From Calditrichales bacterium (lineage in GTDB: Bacteria > Calditrichota > Calditrichia > Calditrichales > J004): DNA of 64,000 nucleotides. The position numbers and the translations under genes are program-made. Location of the stretch: contig OZ254086.1 in assembly GCA_965267575.1 (NCBI GenBank), forward strand, positions 672,001 to 736,000, read 5' to 3'. The notes under the pieces are model-generated. The model was not told the origin of the DNA, made no database searches, and worked only from the letters and a program-made list of their open reading frames with translations. Below, one piece after another: positions 17,318 to 29,000 of this stretch (positions within the stretch are counted from its first letter, which is position 1; each line of letters opens with the position of its first letter).

Positions 17318-19684
17318 TCAGGGATTTTTTCTCAGGATCGGTTTCTGTGCCATAACGCTTACTTCGAACACCTTGTAGCTGTTATGGTTAAAGCGCACTT
17401 CCAGCACGCTGTCGCCGTCCTTTTCCGTTTGCAACGGCGTAATCAGCGCGGTGTAATCGTTTTCCGCGTTGGGCGATGTGATCATAAAACGGCCCTCATT
17501 TTTAAGCACGTTTTTGTTCATCGTGATCTCTTCGTACCACTGCCGGCTGCCGGCCGATTGCGCCACGTCGCGCGGCAGCTTGATATTCACGTCATATACC
17601 GGGAAACGGGCATCGGTCGGTATGCGGATATTCACGCGGAAAACATAGGTGTTTGTGCCACCCGGATTGCTGGTTACGGGCAGCGCGTACATTTTGCGGT
17701 ATTCGGTGGTTTTGGTAAGCCACTTGCTGGCATAGGGATCGCATTCCGCGACAAGGCGCTTTATGCTTTGATCGCTGCCTTTATAGTTATTGCCATGCAC
17801 CACAATGGCGCGCGCTTTGGCCACGCCGTTTTCGTTAATATTAGCGCTGAAATCCTTATATAAAAACTGGATCGCTTTGGCCGGGAATTCCACCTCTTTG
17901 AGACGGGTGAGCCGCTGACGCAGCTGCTGTTTGCGCGCGGCCAGCTGGCTTTGGCTGCCCGAGGTGAAAGTAATATCCCACACCGGATCAAAAACCGGGC
18001 TCTGGTAAAGCGCTTCCACATTACTGAGCGTATTATATTGCTCGTTCACAAATTGATCTACGCGTTGGCGGGTCGCGCTCTCCACTTTGGAAAGCAGCGA
18101 ATCTTCCAGCGTTTTAACTGTGCGTTGTTTTGTGCCCGAAATCGCGCCGGAATTTATGAAATTGCCCTGGTTATGAAGCTCGCGCAGGTTCGATTCGGCC
18201 TGTTGCCAGTTCTGGCTAGCCAGGGCGTTTTTCACAAGGCTTTCCTGGCGCTCAACATACTTGGTATCAAGGTCGCTGTAGATGCTTTTTAGAAAACCGA
18301 GGTTGCTGTTTCGATTGACCAAAACAATCATGTCACGGTAGTTTTTTGTCGCGGCCAGATTGTTTAATCGCGGTACAAGCTGCGCCGCATCGCGATAATC
18401 TTTTTCCATTTTCAGCAGATCACTGCGCAGGGCGTAGATGCCGTTATTCAGAGATTTGCTTGCCGCGCTGTTCCGGTATTTGGGCCAGGAGTCAAATCCG
18501 GCGGAAGGCAGGTCCCGCAGTAGTCCGGCCGAGCGCGACGCCATGGTGTTAAAAAAGCTGTTATCCGGCCAGCGCTTCAGGCCAACAACCTCTTTCTCTA
18601 TTTTATCGGCCTCTTCGCGGATGCGCTGGTAGGCGCGCGCTTTCTGATTGTACTGCTCGCTGAAATTGAGCAACGCATCCAGCGATGGAAATACGTCTAC
18701 ACCGGCAGCACCGGCCAGCGAACGTACCAGCGCCGGATCAAGCATCAAAGGATCGTTATTGTTTTTACGGCTGATCACATCCTCAAAATAGGGACCAAGT
18801 TCATCCAGCCGTGCTTCCAGCATACGCCGCGCCTCATCGATAACATTGTTGGAGTAGCGCTGCTTCTGACCGAAAAAGGCATTCAGCTCCGGCAAAGCTT
18901 TAACAAACGCGGCCATATCATTCTCGGTCTTGTTCATGGTAGAGAAGAAAAGCAGCGCGTTGCGGAAATTTTCCTGAAAGGTCAGCTCTATCTCAATATC
19001 TTCCTTCAATCTCACATAATTGAGATAAGCCTCGTCACCGGAATTTAAAATGGATGGCGGAAAAAGGCGCTCGATGGAGGCCAGCTGATCCTGCAGCGTT
19101 TCCAGGTTGGCGGTTTTATCTTCCAATCGCGAAATGGCCTGGCCAAAGTTAAAATTACTCCAAGACAGGCTCACACCGATATTGTCGTAAACAGCCCGGT
19201 CACCACGGTTTTCTGCCAGGATGTTCGTAAAGGCCTCATATTGCGTTTCGAACTGGTAGCGCCACTGCGGCAGGTAGCGGTAATTCATCAGCAGCTTCAT
19301 ATCCCGCGGTACCCGCTCAATGACCCAGTAGTAGGTCTGACCGGTGCGGTTTACGGCATAAGCTTTTTCTTCGCTGCCCGCCGGTGCCTCGTTTGTGATG
19401 GGCTGCCCCGGACCTTCGTTTTTATCAAACATCGTGCTCATCACGGTCGTCAAGGCACCATCGTCCGACACCTTAATCAACAAATAAAAATTATTTTCCA
19501 GTGGCGACGGAAAGGCGATATAATACTTTTTACCTTCGTCCAGCTCAAAAAAGTCTTTGTCATCCTTTAATTCGATATAGTCGTTTTCTTCAGGACTTAT
19601 TTCCGGTTCAGGCTCCAGGTGCTTGTAGGCGGCACAGGAGGCAAGAAGGAAAACGCTTATCAGCAAAAAACCGGTTTGTTTCAT
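17318..19684 (-). CDS. Large hypothetical lipoprotein (788 aa)
   Basis: Lipobox LLASC, a long helical/coiled middle and beta-rich termini. First gene of the ABC operon. Confidence 0.75.
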   Translation of the reverse strand: MKQTGFLLISVFLLASCAAYKHLEPEPEISPEENDYIELKDDKDFFELDEGKKYYIAFPSPLENNFYLLIKVSDDGALTTVMSTMFDKNEGPGQPITNEAPAGSEEKAYAVNRTGQTYYWVIERVPRDMKLLMNYRYLPQWRYQFETQYEAFTNILAENRGDRAVYDNIGVSLSWSNFNFGQAISRLEDKTANLETLQDQLASIERLFPPSILNSGDEAYLNYVRLKEDIEIELTFQENFRNALLFFSTMNKTENDMAAFVKALPELNAFFGQKQRYSNNVIDEARRMLEARLDELGPYFEDVISRKNNNDPLMLDPALVRSLAGAAGVDVFPSLDALLNFSEQYNQKARAYQRIREEADKIEKEVVGLKRWPDNSFFNTMASRSAGLLRDLPSAGFDSWPKYRNSAASKSLNNGIYALRSDLLKMEKDYRDAAQLVPRLNNLAATKNYRDMIVLVNRNSNLGFLKSIYSDLDTKYVERQESLVKNALASQNWQQAESNLRELHNQGNFINSGAISGTKQRTVKTLEDSLLSKVESATRQRVDQFVNEQYNTLSNVEALYQSPVFDPVWDITFTSGSQSQLAARKQQLRQRLTRLKEVEFPAKAIQFLYKDFSANINENGVAKARAIVVHGNNYKGSDQSIKRLVAECDPYASKWLTKTTEYRKMYALPVTSNPGGTNTYVFRVNIRIPTDARFPVYDVNIKLPRDVAQSAGSRQWYEEITMNKNVLKNEGRFMITSPNAENDYTALITPLQTEKDGDSVLEVRFNHNSYKVFEVSVMAQKPILRKNP

Positions 19685-19836
19685 AATTTCCTCTGCTGGT
19701 TTTTGTTAAACGAGTAATTGAGTTTTTGTAAATGCCGTTTTTGATTATGATATTAGGCGACTGGCATGGCAATAATTTATGGTTTTTTTATGATAATCCT
19801 TAATTTTAACATAAAAATTGCGGGTTTAAAAATAGC

Positions 19837-20883
19837 ATGACACTAATGTTTGTATACCTGGCTATCGCGCTGGGCTTTTCATTTTTGTGCTCTGTACTGG
19901 AAGCAATCCTGCTAAGTGTAACACCTTCATACATAAACATCAAAATTCAGGATGGCAAAAAAGCCGGAGAAGATCTGAAAATGCTGAAGGATGATATCGA
20001 CCGGCCACTTTCAGCTATTCTCACACTGAACACGTTCGCCCATACGGCCGGTGCCGCGGGCGTCGGCGCGCAGGCGCAGTTAATCTGGGGCGTTGAGTAC
20101 CTTACGCTTGTATCGATCATTCTCACCCTGCTGATACTTTTTCTCTCCGAGATTATACCCAAAACCATAGGAGCCATGTACTGGCGTACGCTGGCGCCTT
20201 TTGCCGCTCCGCTAACCAAGATATTGGTTTATACCCTTTATCCGGCGGTCTGGGTCAGCCAACTGGTTACAAAGCTGATCAAACGCGATGAAAAGAAAAG
20301 TGTTCTTTCGCGGGCGGACTTTAGAGCTATTGCCGAAATAGGCATAAAAGACGGCGTTTTCCGCGACAGCGAATCGGCCATAATCCGCAATCTGCTCAAC
20401 TTTAATTCTATCCTTGTTAAAAATATTATGACGCCGCGAACGGTCGTCTTGGCAGCCGACGAAGAAATGAGCATTCAGGCATTTCATAAGAACCATCAGG
20501 ATTTGCGTTTTTCGCGCATCCCGGTTTATAAGAACACCATAGACAGCGTAACGGGATTTGTGCTAAAAGATGAGATCCTCCTTAATATGATCAACCATAA
20601 CGGCGAAAAGCCCCTGCGTGACATAAAGCGCAAGATTGAGATTGTTCCGGAGGTTGTGTCGATCCCCGAGCTGTTCAAGCTGCTGGTGGATAAAAACGTG
20701 CATATTGCCATGGTAGTGGATGAATACGGCGGGATGGCCGGTATCGTAACCATGGAAGATATTATTGAGACTCTGCTGGGACTGGAGATTACAGATGAGT
20801 ACGATAGTGTGGACGACCTGCAGGCACTGGCCCGCGAAAACTGGGAAAAAAGGGCCAGGCGGCTGGGCCTGCTTGACAAATAG
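19837..20883 (+). CDS. CNNM/DUF21 + CBS-pair protein (hemolysin-like/CorB family, probable Mg2+/Co2+ handling)
   Basis: FSFLCSVLEA, SEIIPKTIG, IMTPR, FSRIPVY and VVDEYGGMAGIVTMEDIIE. Confidence 0.92.
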   Translation: MTLMFVYLAIALGFSFLCSVLEAILLSVTPSYINIKIQDGKKAGEDLKMLKDDIDRPLSAILTLNTFAHTAGAAGVGAQAQLIWGVEYLTLVSIILTLLILFLSEIIPKTIGAMYWRTLAPFAAPLTKILVYTLYPAVWVSQLVTKLIKRDEKKSVLSRADFRAIAEIGIKDGVFRDSESAIIRNLLNFNSILVKNIMTPRTVVLAADEEMSIQAFHKNHQDLRFSRIPVYKNTIDSVTGFVLKDEILLNMINHNGEKPLRDIKRKIEIVPEVVSIPELFKLLVDKNVHIAMVVDEYGGMAGIVTMEDIIETLLGLEITDEYDSVDDLQALARENWEKRARRLGLLDK

Positions 20884-20885
20884 AC

Positions 20886-21761
20886 TCAGCTCATGATCGA
20901 GCCGGCGAACTGCTCTACCTCCATCTGGACATCGCGTATTTCGGCCATAAGCAGCAAGAATTCCTTATCATCGATGTCCAGCGCCTTTATGATGGCATCT
21001 TTTATTTTGGTGTGTGTCTCTTTTTTCAGATTTAGCATGGAAAAACTGCTGCAGAGGCTGCCGATTGCTATCATCTTTTTAAAGTCGCTTTTGGAATCGG
21101 AAGTCAAAATATTCTGCAGGGCGGAAAGCGTGTGCGATTCGCAGGCGATTTTAACGCTTTCCGGCAGGCGCCAGTAGCGCGCCAGCAAACTGCCAAAGTG
21201 ACCGGATGGAGGCAGCTTGAGCTGCGCTTCCGACTCTTCGTTAAGGCATCCGTTCTTCTCGGAATAGTTTAAAATCTCACTATAGTAATCAGGATAGAAT
21301 TTAAGGTAGACAAGAGTGCCAATATCGTGAAGCAGCGATGGCACCCATAACTCCTCGCGGTCCAGGTAATTGGCAAAACGCGCCGCCAGCAGTTTGCTGT
21401 TGCGCGCCGTAAAATAGCTGTGATACCAGAAATCTTTTAATTGTTCTTTATTCTTAAGCTGAAAGGACGAGATTACCGAAAGGGAAAGGACGATACGGTA
21501 AATCTCGTTAATGCCCAGAAAAGCGATGGCGATGCGCAGATCGCCGATTTCGCGCTTAAGGCCGTAATAGGCAGAATTTATAACTTTTAGGATTTGTGCC
21601 GTCAGCGCGGCGTCACTGGAGACGAGCTTTGTAATTTCCTGCACGTTGAAGTCTTCATCCTGCACGGCTTGCTGGATGCGTGTTACGATTTGCGGCAGAG
21701 GGGGTAGTGTCTGGTACTGCTGTGCGAATTCATGCGATGTTAGGTCAATTCTGTAGGCCAT
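20886..21761 (-). CDS. HDOD domain protein
   Basis: LPPLPQIV, DAALTAQILKVINSAYYG, AIAFLG, FWYHS, LLHDIG and WRLP. Confidence 0.92.
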   Translation of the reverse strand: MAYRIDLTSHEFAQQYQTLPPLPQIVTRIQQAVQDEDFNVQEITKLVSSDAALTAQILKVINSAYYGLKREIGDLRIAIAFLGINEIYRIVLSLSVISSFQLKNKEQLKDFWYHSYFTARNSKLLAARFANYLDREELWVPSLLHDIGTLVYLKFYPDYYSEILNYSEKNGCLNEESEAQLKLPPSGHFGSLLARYWRLPESVKIACESHTLSALQNILTSDSKSDFKKMIAIGSLCSSFSMLNLKKETHTKIKDAIIKALDIDDKEFLLLMAEIRDVQMEVEQFAGSIMS

Positions 21762-21908
21762 TTCCGCTTAATCTGTATGTATCGTAATATGATTCCATGT
21801 ATATTTGCGCCCACCCGAAAAATAAACCATAGGGGAACAAGACTTATCGACAGAATAGTCAATAATTTAGTCGATTAAATTAAATTCAGAAAGAAACATA
21901 CTAAAATC

Positions 21909-22622
21909 TTGCATTTGCAAAAACAAAAATCACAAAAAGTCTATGTTTTTGTTGAGTTTACACTCGTCGTTTTAATCGTTTTAGGCTTTTTTGTACACTC
22001 CGCTTTCAGCTGGGCTGCCGGTGAGGGTGGCGGTACACGCGAAATACGCTATGACACATCCGATGCCGTTTATCTGATCGTTTATGAATTGACGATGCTG
22101 ATACTGCTGACCCTCTATTTGCGCTGGCGCGGATACGGTTGGCGCGATTTCGGTATTTCCACGGGTCTATCGCATATTACGGCGGGGTTGGTGATGTTTA
22201 TTGCCAACTACCTGGCCTACCTGCTGTTGTACCGCTGGTTTGGCGAATTCCTCATGTCGCTGAATATCTCCGTGGGCAATGCCAGTTTCGAATCGGCCGG
22301 AACATCCTATGTAATTGATATTGCCATTCCCGTTCTGGTTCTCTTCACCTGGATTAATGCCATGTTCGAGGAATTCGTTCTTGTCTCATACAGCACCAGC
22401 GCGTTGGGCCGTCATTTGCCCGGACTGGCCGTTCTGGTCATCAGCATAATTATGCGGCTCTCCTTTCATTTTTACCAGGGCCCGATAATCCTTATTTCCA
22501 TTTTACCCATGGGCATTATTCACTTTGTGTTTTACTGGTATAAACGCAACCTGGTGGCCATAACGCTGAGCCATGCCATTATGGATTTTTTAAGCTTCTA
22601 TGTTTATATGCTGATCAGCTGA
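21909..22622 (+). CDS. CPBP/Abi family intramembrane glutamic endopeptidase (start uncertain)
   Basis: Multi-TM with FEE, HFYQG and SHAIMD motifs. Confidence 0.8.
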   Translation: MHLQKQKSQKVYVFVEFTLVVLIVLGFFVHSAFSWAAGEGGGTREIRYDTSDAVYLIVYELTMLILLTLYLRWRGYGWRDFGISTGLSHITAGLVMFIANYLAYLLLYRWFGEFLMSLNISVGNASFESAGTSYVIDIAIPVLVLFTWINAMFEEFVLVSYSTSALGRHLPGLAVLVISIIMRLSFHFYQGPIILISILPMGIIHFVFYWYKRNLVAITLSHAIMDFLSFYVYMLIS

Positions 22623-22710
22623 TTTTCCTGCTTTTATTGTTAAAGAATAAACCGCCCAATTCGAAAATGAGATGCCACTCACTTTGCTAACTTGAATACC
22701 GGGATCTTAG

Positions 22711-23091
22711 ATGAAGTACGTTTTGTTGTTGGAGGATGAAGAACTTGTCATGGAAATTACGGCTGAAATCCTGGAAAATCTGGGCTATACCCCCGTGTTG
22801 GCTGAAAACGGCCGGGAAGCGCTGGACAAGACGCAAAAGCTTTATGATGAGGGAAAATCGCTTCATCTCTCTATTCTGGATCTTAATGTGCCCGGCGGTT
22901 TAAGCGGCAAAGACACTTTCCTGGAACTGCGCAAGATCGACCCCCGGCTGCGCGGCATCCTGACAACCGGCCACAACCCTTCAAAGACAGAGAACGAGTT
23001 TTTGGAGATGGGTTTTTCCAAAGTCCTTAACAAGCCCTTCCGTATTCAGGAACTGGCGGCACTGCTTAAAAAAATGGACAAGGACATCTAG
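22711..23091 (+). CDS. Stand-alone response regulator receiver
   Basis: LLEDE, ILDLNVPGG (phospho-Asp), TG and KPF. Confidence 0.9.
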   Translation: MKYVLLLEDEELVMEITAEILENLGYTPVLAENGREALDKTQKLYDEGKSLHLSILDLNVPGGLSGKDTFLELRKIDPRLRGILTTGHNPSKTENEFLEMGFSKVLNKPFRIQELAALLKKMDKDI

Positions 23092-23182
23092 CCGCTTTAA
23101 TTATTTCCCATTATTGATTATACTCTGCAACCAACTGGCATTATTGCAGTATTAGCATACATTCATACATAAACATCCGGCC

Positions 23183-25978
23183 ATGAAAAACGAAACGCGC
23201 ACGCGCATCCTTTTTATTACCGCCACTTTGCTGCTTTTGCTTACAAGCGCCATCAGTCTTATTCGTTATGCCCGCTCAACAACAGACGAAAACTGGTTCC
23301 GCGATCCCCCTTCCCGCATAAGCATTACGAAAGATTTGCCCGCGGCCATACCCCATTTTAGTCAACAATATGGCATGATCGATTCCGTTAAAAACGGCGA
23401 CCTGCTTCTGGGGCTGAACGACAAAAAAATAACCCGGCAGGAACAGATCGCCCGGCTGCGCGCCCAGTCCAGGGATACGGTTTATTTTCACATCTTCCGG
23501 CCGCAGCTGGATCAATCTTACAGATTGCCCGTGCTGGCTACACACGTACCCGACAGCTTTACGACGCGCCTGCCAAACTACGTTTATGTTTTCAGCGTAT
23601 TGCCAGGTGGCGCCTCTGACCGCGCCGGCATGCAAAAAGGCGACCTGATCACTAAAATAAAAGGCAAATCCTTCCAGTCGACATTCCAGGCGGACCTCAT
23701 CCTGCGCCAGAACAAGCCCGGTGAAACGATCGCCTATACCGTCCTGCGCCAAAACGAGGAAATCACACTTTATCTCACTCTGAGCGTTTTCGGGATTTTT
23801 GTTGCCAATATTATCGCGCTAATCGTCGGGCTCTTCTTTATCGCCTGCGGATTGTTTTATGTGCTGAACAGGCCTTCCTTTAAGGCCGCCAGGCTTATCG
23901 CCGGCACATTCATTTTAGTCGGCTTTATTATAACGGTGGCCTATACGCAGCGGGAGCCGCAGTTTGACGCCTTTTCGGTATTACGCGTCATTCTGCTGAC
24001 CACTGCAGGTTATCTCAGTCTGGCCTTTTTTATTCACAGCCAGTTCTATTTTCCACGGCCCTTGGACATGCTTCCAAAGAAGAAGTTTCTGATTGTTCTT
24101 TATGTGCTGGCTTCCGTTTTTCTTACTGCCCAGATATATTTTCAGCTTGCCGCCTCTTCCGCCTCGGCGGCTGTGGGTGCCGGTATGCTGCTAATGATAC
24201 TGATGTTCGGCATGTTCATGCTCTTCCACCACAAAAAAATACCCCAGGAAATAAAGGTGCTGCGCAGACCTATCAAATATAGTTTAATAGCTGCGCTGGC
24301 GGGAGCCTTTTTGTTCCTTTTTATATTGTCAAATATAGGCCAGGTATTTGTCGTAAATGCAGGCTATCTCACACTCTTTTTTCTGTTAATTCCGCTGGCC
24401 TACCTATACACCACCGGCCGCTATGCCTTAATGGGGTTGAATATCCGGTTGCGGCGAAATTTCCAGTATACACTGGTTTCATCTCTTTGGCGGCTGGCCA
24501 TGCTGGTTTTAACGATATGGGTGCTTTTTGCCTTTGCCGGCAGCGAATTCGAACTGCCGAATCTTAGCATAAGCCCCACATCGATCGAGCTGCTCGAGCG
24601 CGAACTGCCGCAGCAGCAACGGCTTTTCCTGGACAGGATTATTTTTATTGTCTTCGCGGCGATCGTGATCTTTCTGGCCTGGAAAATTACGCAGTTGGTA
24701 CAGCGCTTCATAAACCGGCGCTTTCATCAGTCGAAATTTGACTACCGCTACTCGATGGAGGAAATCAGCACAGCCTTATCCGGGACAACTGATCCGCAAT
24801 CGCTGTGTACCGTATTTGTAAAAACGCTGCACGAAGTTATGCGCCTGAAGAAAACGGGCATCGGGGTTTTCGATAAGAACCATGAGATCGTACTGACCTT
24901 TCAGTTGCCGCAAAATGAGGCAAACGGCTGGAAGGCATTAATAGAAAAAAACCATGCCGGCCTCTATTATAATTTGTTAAGCGCAACGCGGCCACAACGT
25001 CCGTCAGACCTTAGCGGAAACCTTGCCGGACCATTCGAAAGCGCCGCGATAAACCTCTTTGTGCCCGCCAAAACTGCGCGCGGAGCCCTACAAGCCATCC
25101 TTCTTATCGGGGAAAAACAATCGGAATCCCCTTTCCACCAGGATGACTTTGATTTTCTCTCAGCCGCAGCGGCGAGGCTGGCTGTTGCCCTGGAAAACAG
25201 TTTTCTCTACCTGGACCTGGCGCAACAGGAGCGTATCAAGCACGAGCTGGCCATCGCCAGGGATATCCAGATGTCTTCGCTGCCGCAGAAGCTGCCTGCC
25301 GTCAGCGGGCTGGATGTAGCCGGCCTCTCTATCCCGGCGCTGGAGGTTGGCGGCGACTATTTTGATTACCTGAATGGCAGCAGCAACGCGCTTACGGTTG
25401 TGGTGGGAGACGTTAGCGGCAAAGGCACCTCCTCCGCGCTCTACATGTCAAAAATTCAGGGTATACTGCGCTCGCTGAACAGTTTCAGCCTGCAGCCTTC
25501 GGAACTGTTTATTCGCGCCAATACCATTCTCACTTCGGATATGAAAAAACAATATTTCATAACCGCGCTGGCAGGGTCCTTTGATGTAAATAATCATTTA
25601 CTGAAATTGGCACGCGCCGGTCATTTGCCGCTGTACCACTACTGCGACGAAAAGCAAAGCATAAACTCCATCGCTCCGGAAGGACTTGGAATGGGCATCG
25701 GCAGTGGCGAAGCTTTCGCGGAAAACATGCGCCAGAGCGAGATCGTCTATAAAAAGGGTGATATCTTCGTTTTTCTTACCGATGGCATCACGGAAACGAC
25801 CGATCCTGAGGGCCAGATGCTGGATGAATCCGGCATACTGGAAGAGTGTATCCTGCAAACACACCATCAGCCGGCAAAAGAGATATGCCGCAACATTATT
25901 GACGCGGCAGTCCGCTTTGCCCAGGGCCAAAACCAGGCCGATGACATGACTGTGGTAGTTGTGAAAATAATTGGCTAA
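23183..25978 (+). CDS. Membrane PP2C/SpoIIE phosphatase with extracytoplasmic PDZ domains and GAF-like region
   Basis: PDZ-like GGASDRAGMQKGDLI plus a degenerate first PDZ, multi-TM block, GAF-like region, then SpoIIE motifs EVGGDYFD, GDVSGKG, AGH, TDG and DDMT. Confidence 0.9.
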   Translation: MKNETRTRILFITATLLLLLTSAISLIRYARSTTDENWFRDPPSRISITKDLPAAIPHFSQQYGMIDSVKNGDLLLGLNDKKITRQEQIARLRAQSRDTVYFHIFRPQLDQSYRLPVLATHVPDSFTTRLPNYVYVFSVLPGGASDRAGMQKGDLITKIKGKSFQSTFQADLILRQNKPGETIAYTVLRQNEEITLYLTLSVFGIFVANIIALIVGLFFIACGLFYVLNRPSFKAARLIAGTFILVGFIITVAYTQREPQFDAFSVLRVILLTTAGYLSLAFFIHSQFYFPRPLDMLPKKKFLIVLYVLASVFLTAQIYFQLAASSASAAVGAGMLLMILMFGMFMLFHHKKIPQEIKVLRRPIKYSLIAALAGAFLFLFILSNIGQVFVVNAGYLTLFFLLIPLAYLYTTGRYALMGLNIRLRRNFQYTLVSSLWRLAMLVLTIWVLFAFAGSEFELPNLSISPTSIELLERELPQQQRLFLDRIIFIVFAAIVIFLAWKITQLVQRFINRRFHQSKFDYRYSMEEISTALSGTTDPQSLCTVFVKTLHEVMRLKKTGIGVFDKNHEIVLTFQLPQNEANGWKALIEKNHAGLYYNLLSATRPQRPSDLSGNLAGPFESAAINLFVPAKTARGALQAILLIGEKQSESPFHQDDFDFLSAAAARLAVALENSFLYLDLAQQERIKHELAIARDIQMSSLPQKLPAVSGLDVAGLSIPALEVGGDYFDYLNGSSNALTVVVGDVSGKGTSSALYMSKIQGILRSLNSFSLQPSELFIRANTILTSDMKKQYFITALAGSFDVNNHLLKLARAGHLPLYHYCDEKQSINSIAPEGLGMGIGSGEAFAENMRQSEIVYKKGDIFVFLTDGITETTDPEGQMLDESGILEECILQTHHQPAKEICRNIIDAAVRFAQGQNQADDMTVVVVKIIG

Positions 25979-26066
25979 TTATCCACCCTCCTGTTCACAT
26001 TTCTCCAAAGCTGCCGAAAGTTGACACAAATCACATTGCAGTTTATTTACCGGGAATGATTTATTG

Positions 26067-29000
26067 ATGCAGGGGTTTAGTAAAAGCATTTTTTTTTGTC
26101 TTATTTTTGGCGCGCTTTCGCTGTTCGGCCAACAGTATCCCGTAAAAAATTATACCATTGATGAGGGTCTGCCATCACCGAATATCATGGATGTTGATCA
26201 GGACCCGTCCGGACGAATGTGGTTTGCCTCGCGGGCCGGCATAATCAGTTATGACGGATTTAGCTGGACGCATCATAAAAAGCTTTTTCTGGACCACGCC
26301 CGTTTTGTCTCCGCTGACCGGGGAAACGTCATTTGGGCAGCCTCCAGTCATCTAAGATATGGTATTGCTTATTTCTCTGACGAGAGCTGGCATATTCTGA
26401 ATCCTGACGCAAGTATGCCGGACTATATTCTAACCGACCTGGTGCTCTCCGAAAAAAATGGTCATACAGAGATTTATCTCGCCACAAGCGTGGGCGTTGT
26501 GGTCCATTACAACGGCAGGGAGTGGAAGCGATACGACAACCGCCATGGCTTACCTGCCGCGCACATATATAAAATGAAAATGGCCGGAAATGCATTATAC
26601 GTGCTTGCGAAAAACGGCATCTATCATCTGAACGGAGACCGCTTTGAGAAAATTGATATAAGCTTTGACAATATGCATCGTGTGCTGGGCTTTACCTTTG
26701 GTCTTCGCGGGCAGCTTATTGCCGTTGGCAGAGGCTGGATAGCGGTGCAAAAAGGTAACACGTTTGAGTATAAAGCGTTCGAACGGGTTTATAATATTTA
26801 TGAGTTTAGCAATATCTTTCTCGATGACAGAAATCGCCTCTACATTCCCACCGCCTTCAGGCTGTTACAGTATGATCTTGACAGTGGCGATATTATGGAG
26901 CTGGGCAGGAGAAACGGTTTACTCATGGATGTGCCATCATCCGTTTTTCAGGATCGCGAAAAAAACCTATGGATGATCGCTTCCGTAGGCATCAGCAAAA
27001 TATCATCCAGGCGCTTTATAACACTTAATAAAAATTCGGGATTGCTAAACGATGAGGTGAGCGCCATTGTAGAATATAAACCGGGCCATTTTGTTTTGGG
27101 ACATAACACCGGATACACGTTCTACGACGGCGAGAACTTCACCAGGGTAGCGGTAACGGAAGAAACCGGCAGCCTGGAACATGGTGTTTCGAGGATATGG
27201 GATCTGGCCAGGCAGAATGACGGTACCATCTGGAGCGCTTCCATTTTCCACGGCATATCACGCATAAAGGGTAACGCCACTACCTGGTATTTCAAGCAGG
27301 ACAGGCCCGGCCATGTATCCGTCTGTGTAGACGCGAAAGACCGGGTATGGGCGATGATCAAACGCGGTATTTATATGTTCACCGGAGATACTTTCAAGCT
27401 CTTCTTTACCATTCCCGAAGGCATCGGCAACGCCCGCAAGATTTTTGCAGGTACGGACGGTTCGCTGTTTCTTGCCAGCGATATCTCGGGTATTATCCAT
27501 ATTAAGAAGGACAAGACTTACAAGGTCTACCGTGTTACCGGCAATTCTTTTCGGAACAATACTTACGCGCTTTATGCCGAAGAAAACGGCAACCTGCTTG
27601 TCGGTACGGCTGCCGGTCTAAGCCGTGTTGAGGGCGACTCCCTGGCAGCGGCGCGCGGCTTTCCCCCAATCGATTATCCCGTTTATTCAATCATCCGTGA
27701 TGACAGAGAAAATTTCTGGATTGGCACCGACCGTGGTGTTGTATTCTGGGATGGTGAAAAAAGCCGCCGTTTCACCCATGATGACGGGCTGGCCGGCAAT
27801 GAGATGAACCGCAGCGCCGCCCTTCAGGACAGCAAAGGTCGCATCTGGCTGGGCAGCGATTTCGGGATTACCATATACGATTACAATTACGATCGCTCGG
27901 ATATACCTGCACCGGTAGTGGAAATTGGTTCCGTGGTCCATAACGACGGGGAAATCGCACCCGCCGGCACTCAAAAGCTGCATTCCCCCGGTAATACGAT
28001 CGACATTAACTTTGCTGTGATCTCCTTCCGTGATGAAAACGAAATCGAGGCGCAATATATGCTGGAAGGGTTTGACGCACAGTGGGTAACGCAAAAGCCG
28101 CTAAGGATAAGCGAAGCGCGATACAACCGACTTCCGCCGGGTGAGTACATTTTTAAATTACGAGCGCGCAGCCCGGAAAGCGCCTGGAGCAGTATCGTGC
28201 AATCGTCACCCATTGTTATAACCGTGCCTTTTTATAAAAGGTTGTGGTTCGCGCTTCTGGTAACGGCGCTGATGGTAACAATGGTATTCGTGAGCTACCT
28301 GGCAGTAAACCGCCAAAAGCAGGCCAGGATGCTGGAAGAAGAGGTGCAACGGCGCACGGATGAATTAAAGCTATCGGAAGAAAAATTCCGTGACTTTTTT
28401 CGGCATTCGCACGATTTACTCTTTTTTGCCGACGCTTCGGGCATAATAAATGAGATTAACGCGGCGGGCGCCAGTTTGCTGGACAAGGAAAACCCCGCGC
28501 AGGTTGCGGGCATCCCTCTGGATGCGTTTTTTGAAGCTGACCCGCAGTGGGCAGACACACGCAGCCGCCTTCTTGAAACGAGCTCCGTGCGTGATGTTAC
28601 GCTGAACCTGCAAACGCGTTCGGGCCTGCGCATTGTGCTTTTCTCCGCCGACCTGGTGTTTGATAAAAAGGGCGATGTGAGCGGCTGGCGCGGTACGATC
28701 AAGGACATCACCGACCGCCAGAAAATGCATGAACAAAACAGCTACCTGGCAAAGATGGAAACGATCAGCCAGATGGCCGGCGGCATTGCTCACGATTTTA
28801 ACAATCTGCTGGGAGCTATCCTTGGCTATGCTTCGTTGCTGAAACTTAAAAAAAGCAAGCAGGACGCGGACTACGGCGCCCTGGAAACAATCGAACAGAG
28901 CGCGCAACGAGGTTCTCTGCTTACCAAGCAAATGCTGGCTTTTGCCCGCCGCACGCGCACTGTGAGAACAGATTTTGACTTACGAGCACGCATTGAAAAA

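Noticed and set aside
15628-17355. 575-aa plus-strand ORF
   Set aside because: Fully antisense to the substrate-binding protein gene; explained by codon bias in GC-rich DNA.
19837-20883. Hemolysin/toxin
   Set aside because: DUF21-CBS proteins are often labelled hemolysin but are CNNM/CorB-type metal homeostasis proteins.
21909-22622. Abortive-infection defence gene
   Set aside because: The CPBP/'Abi' family name refers to membrane proteases; there is no defence-island context here.
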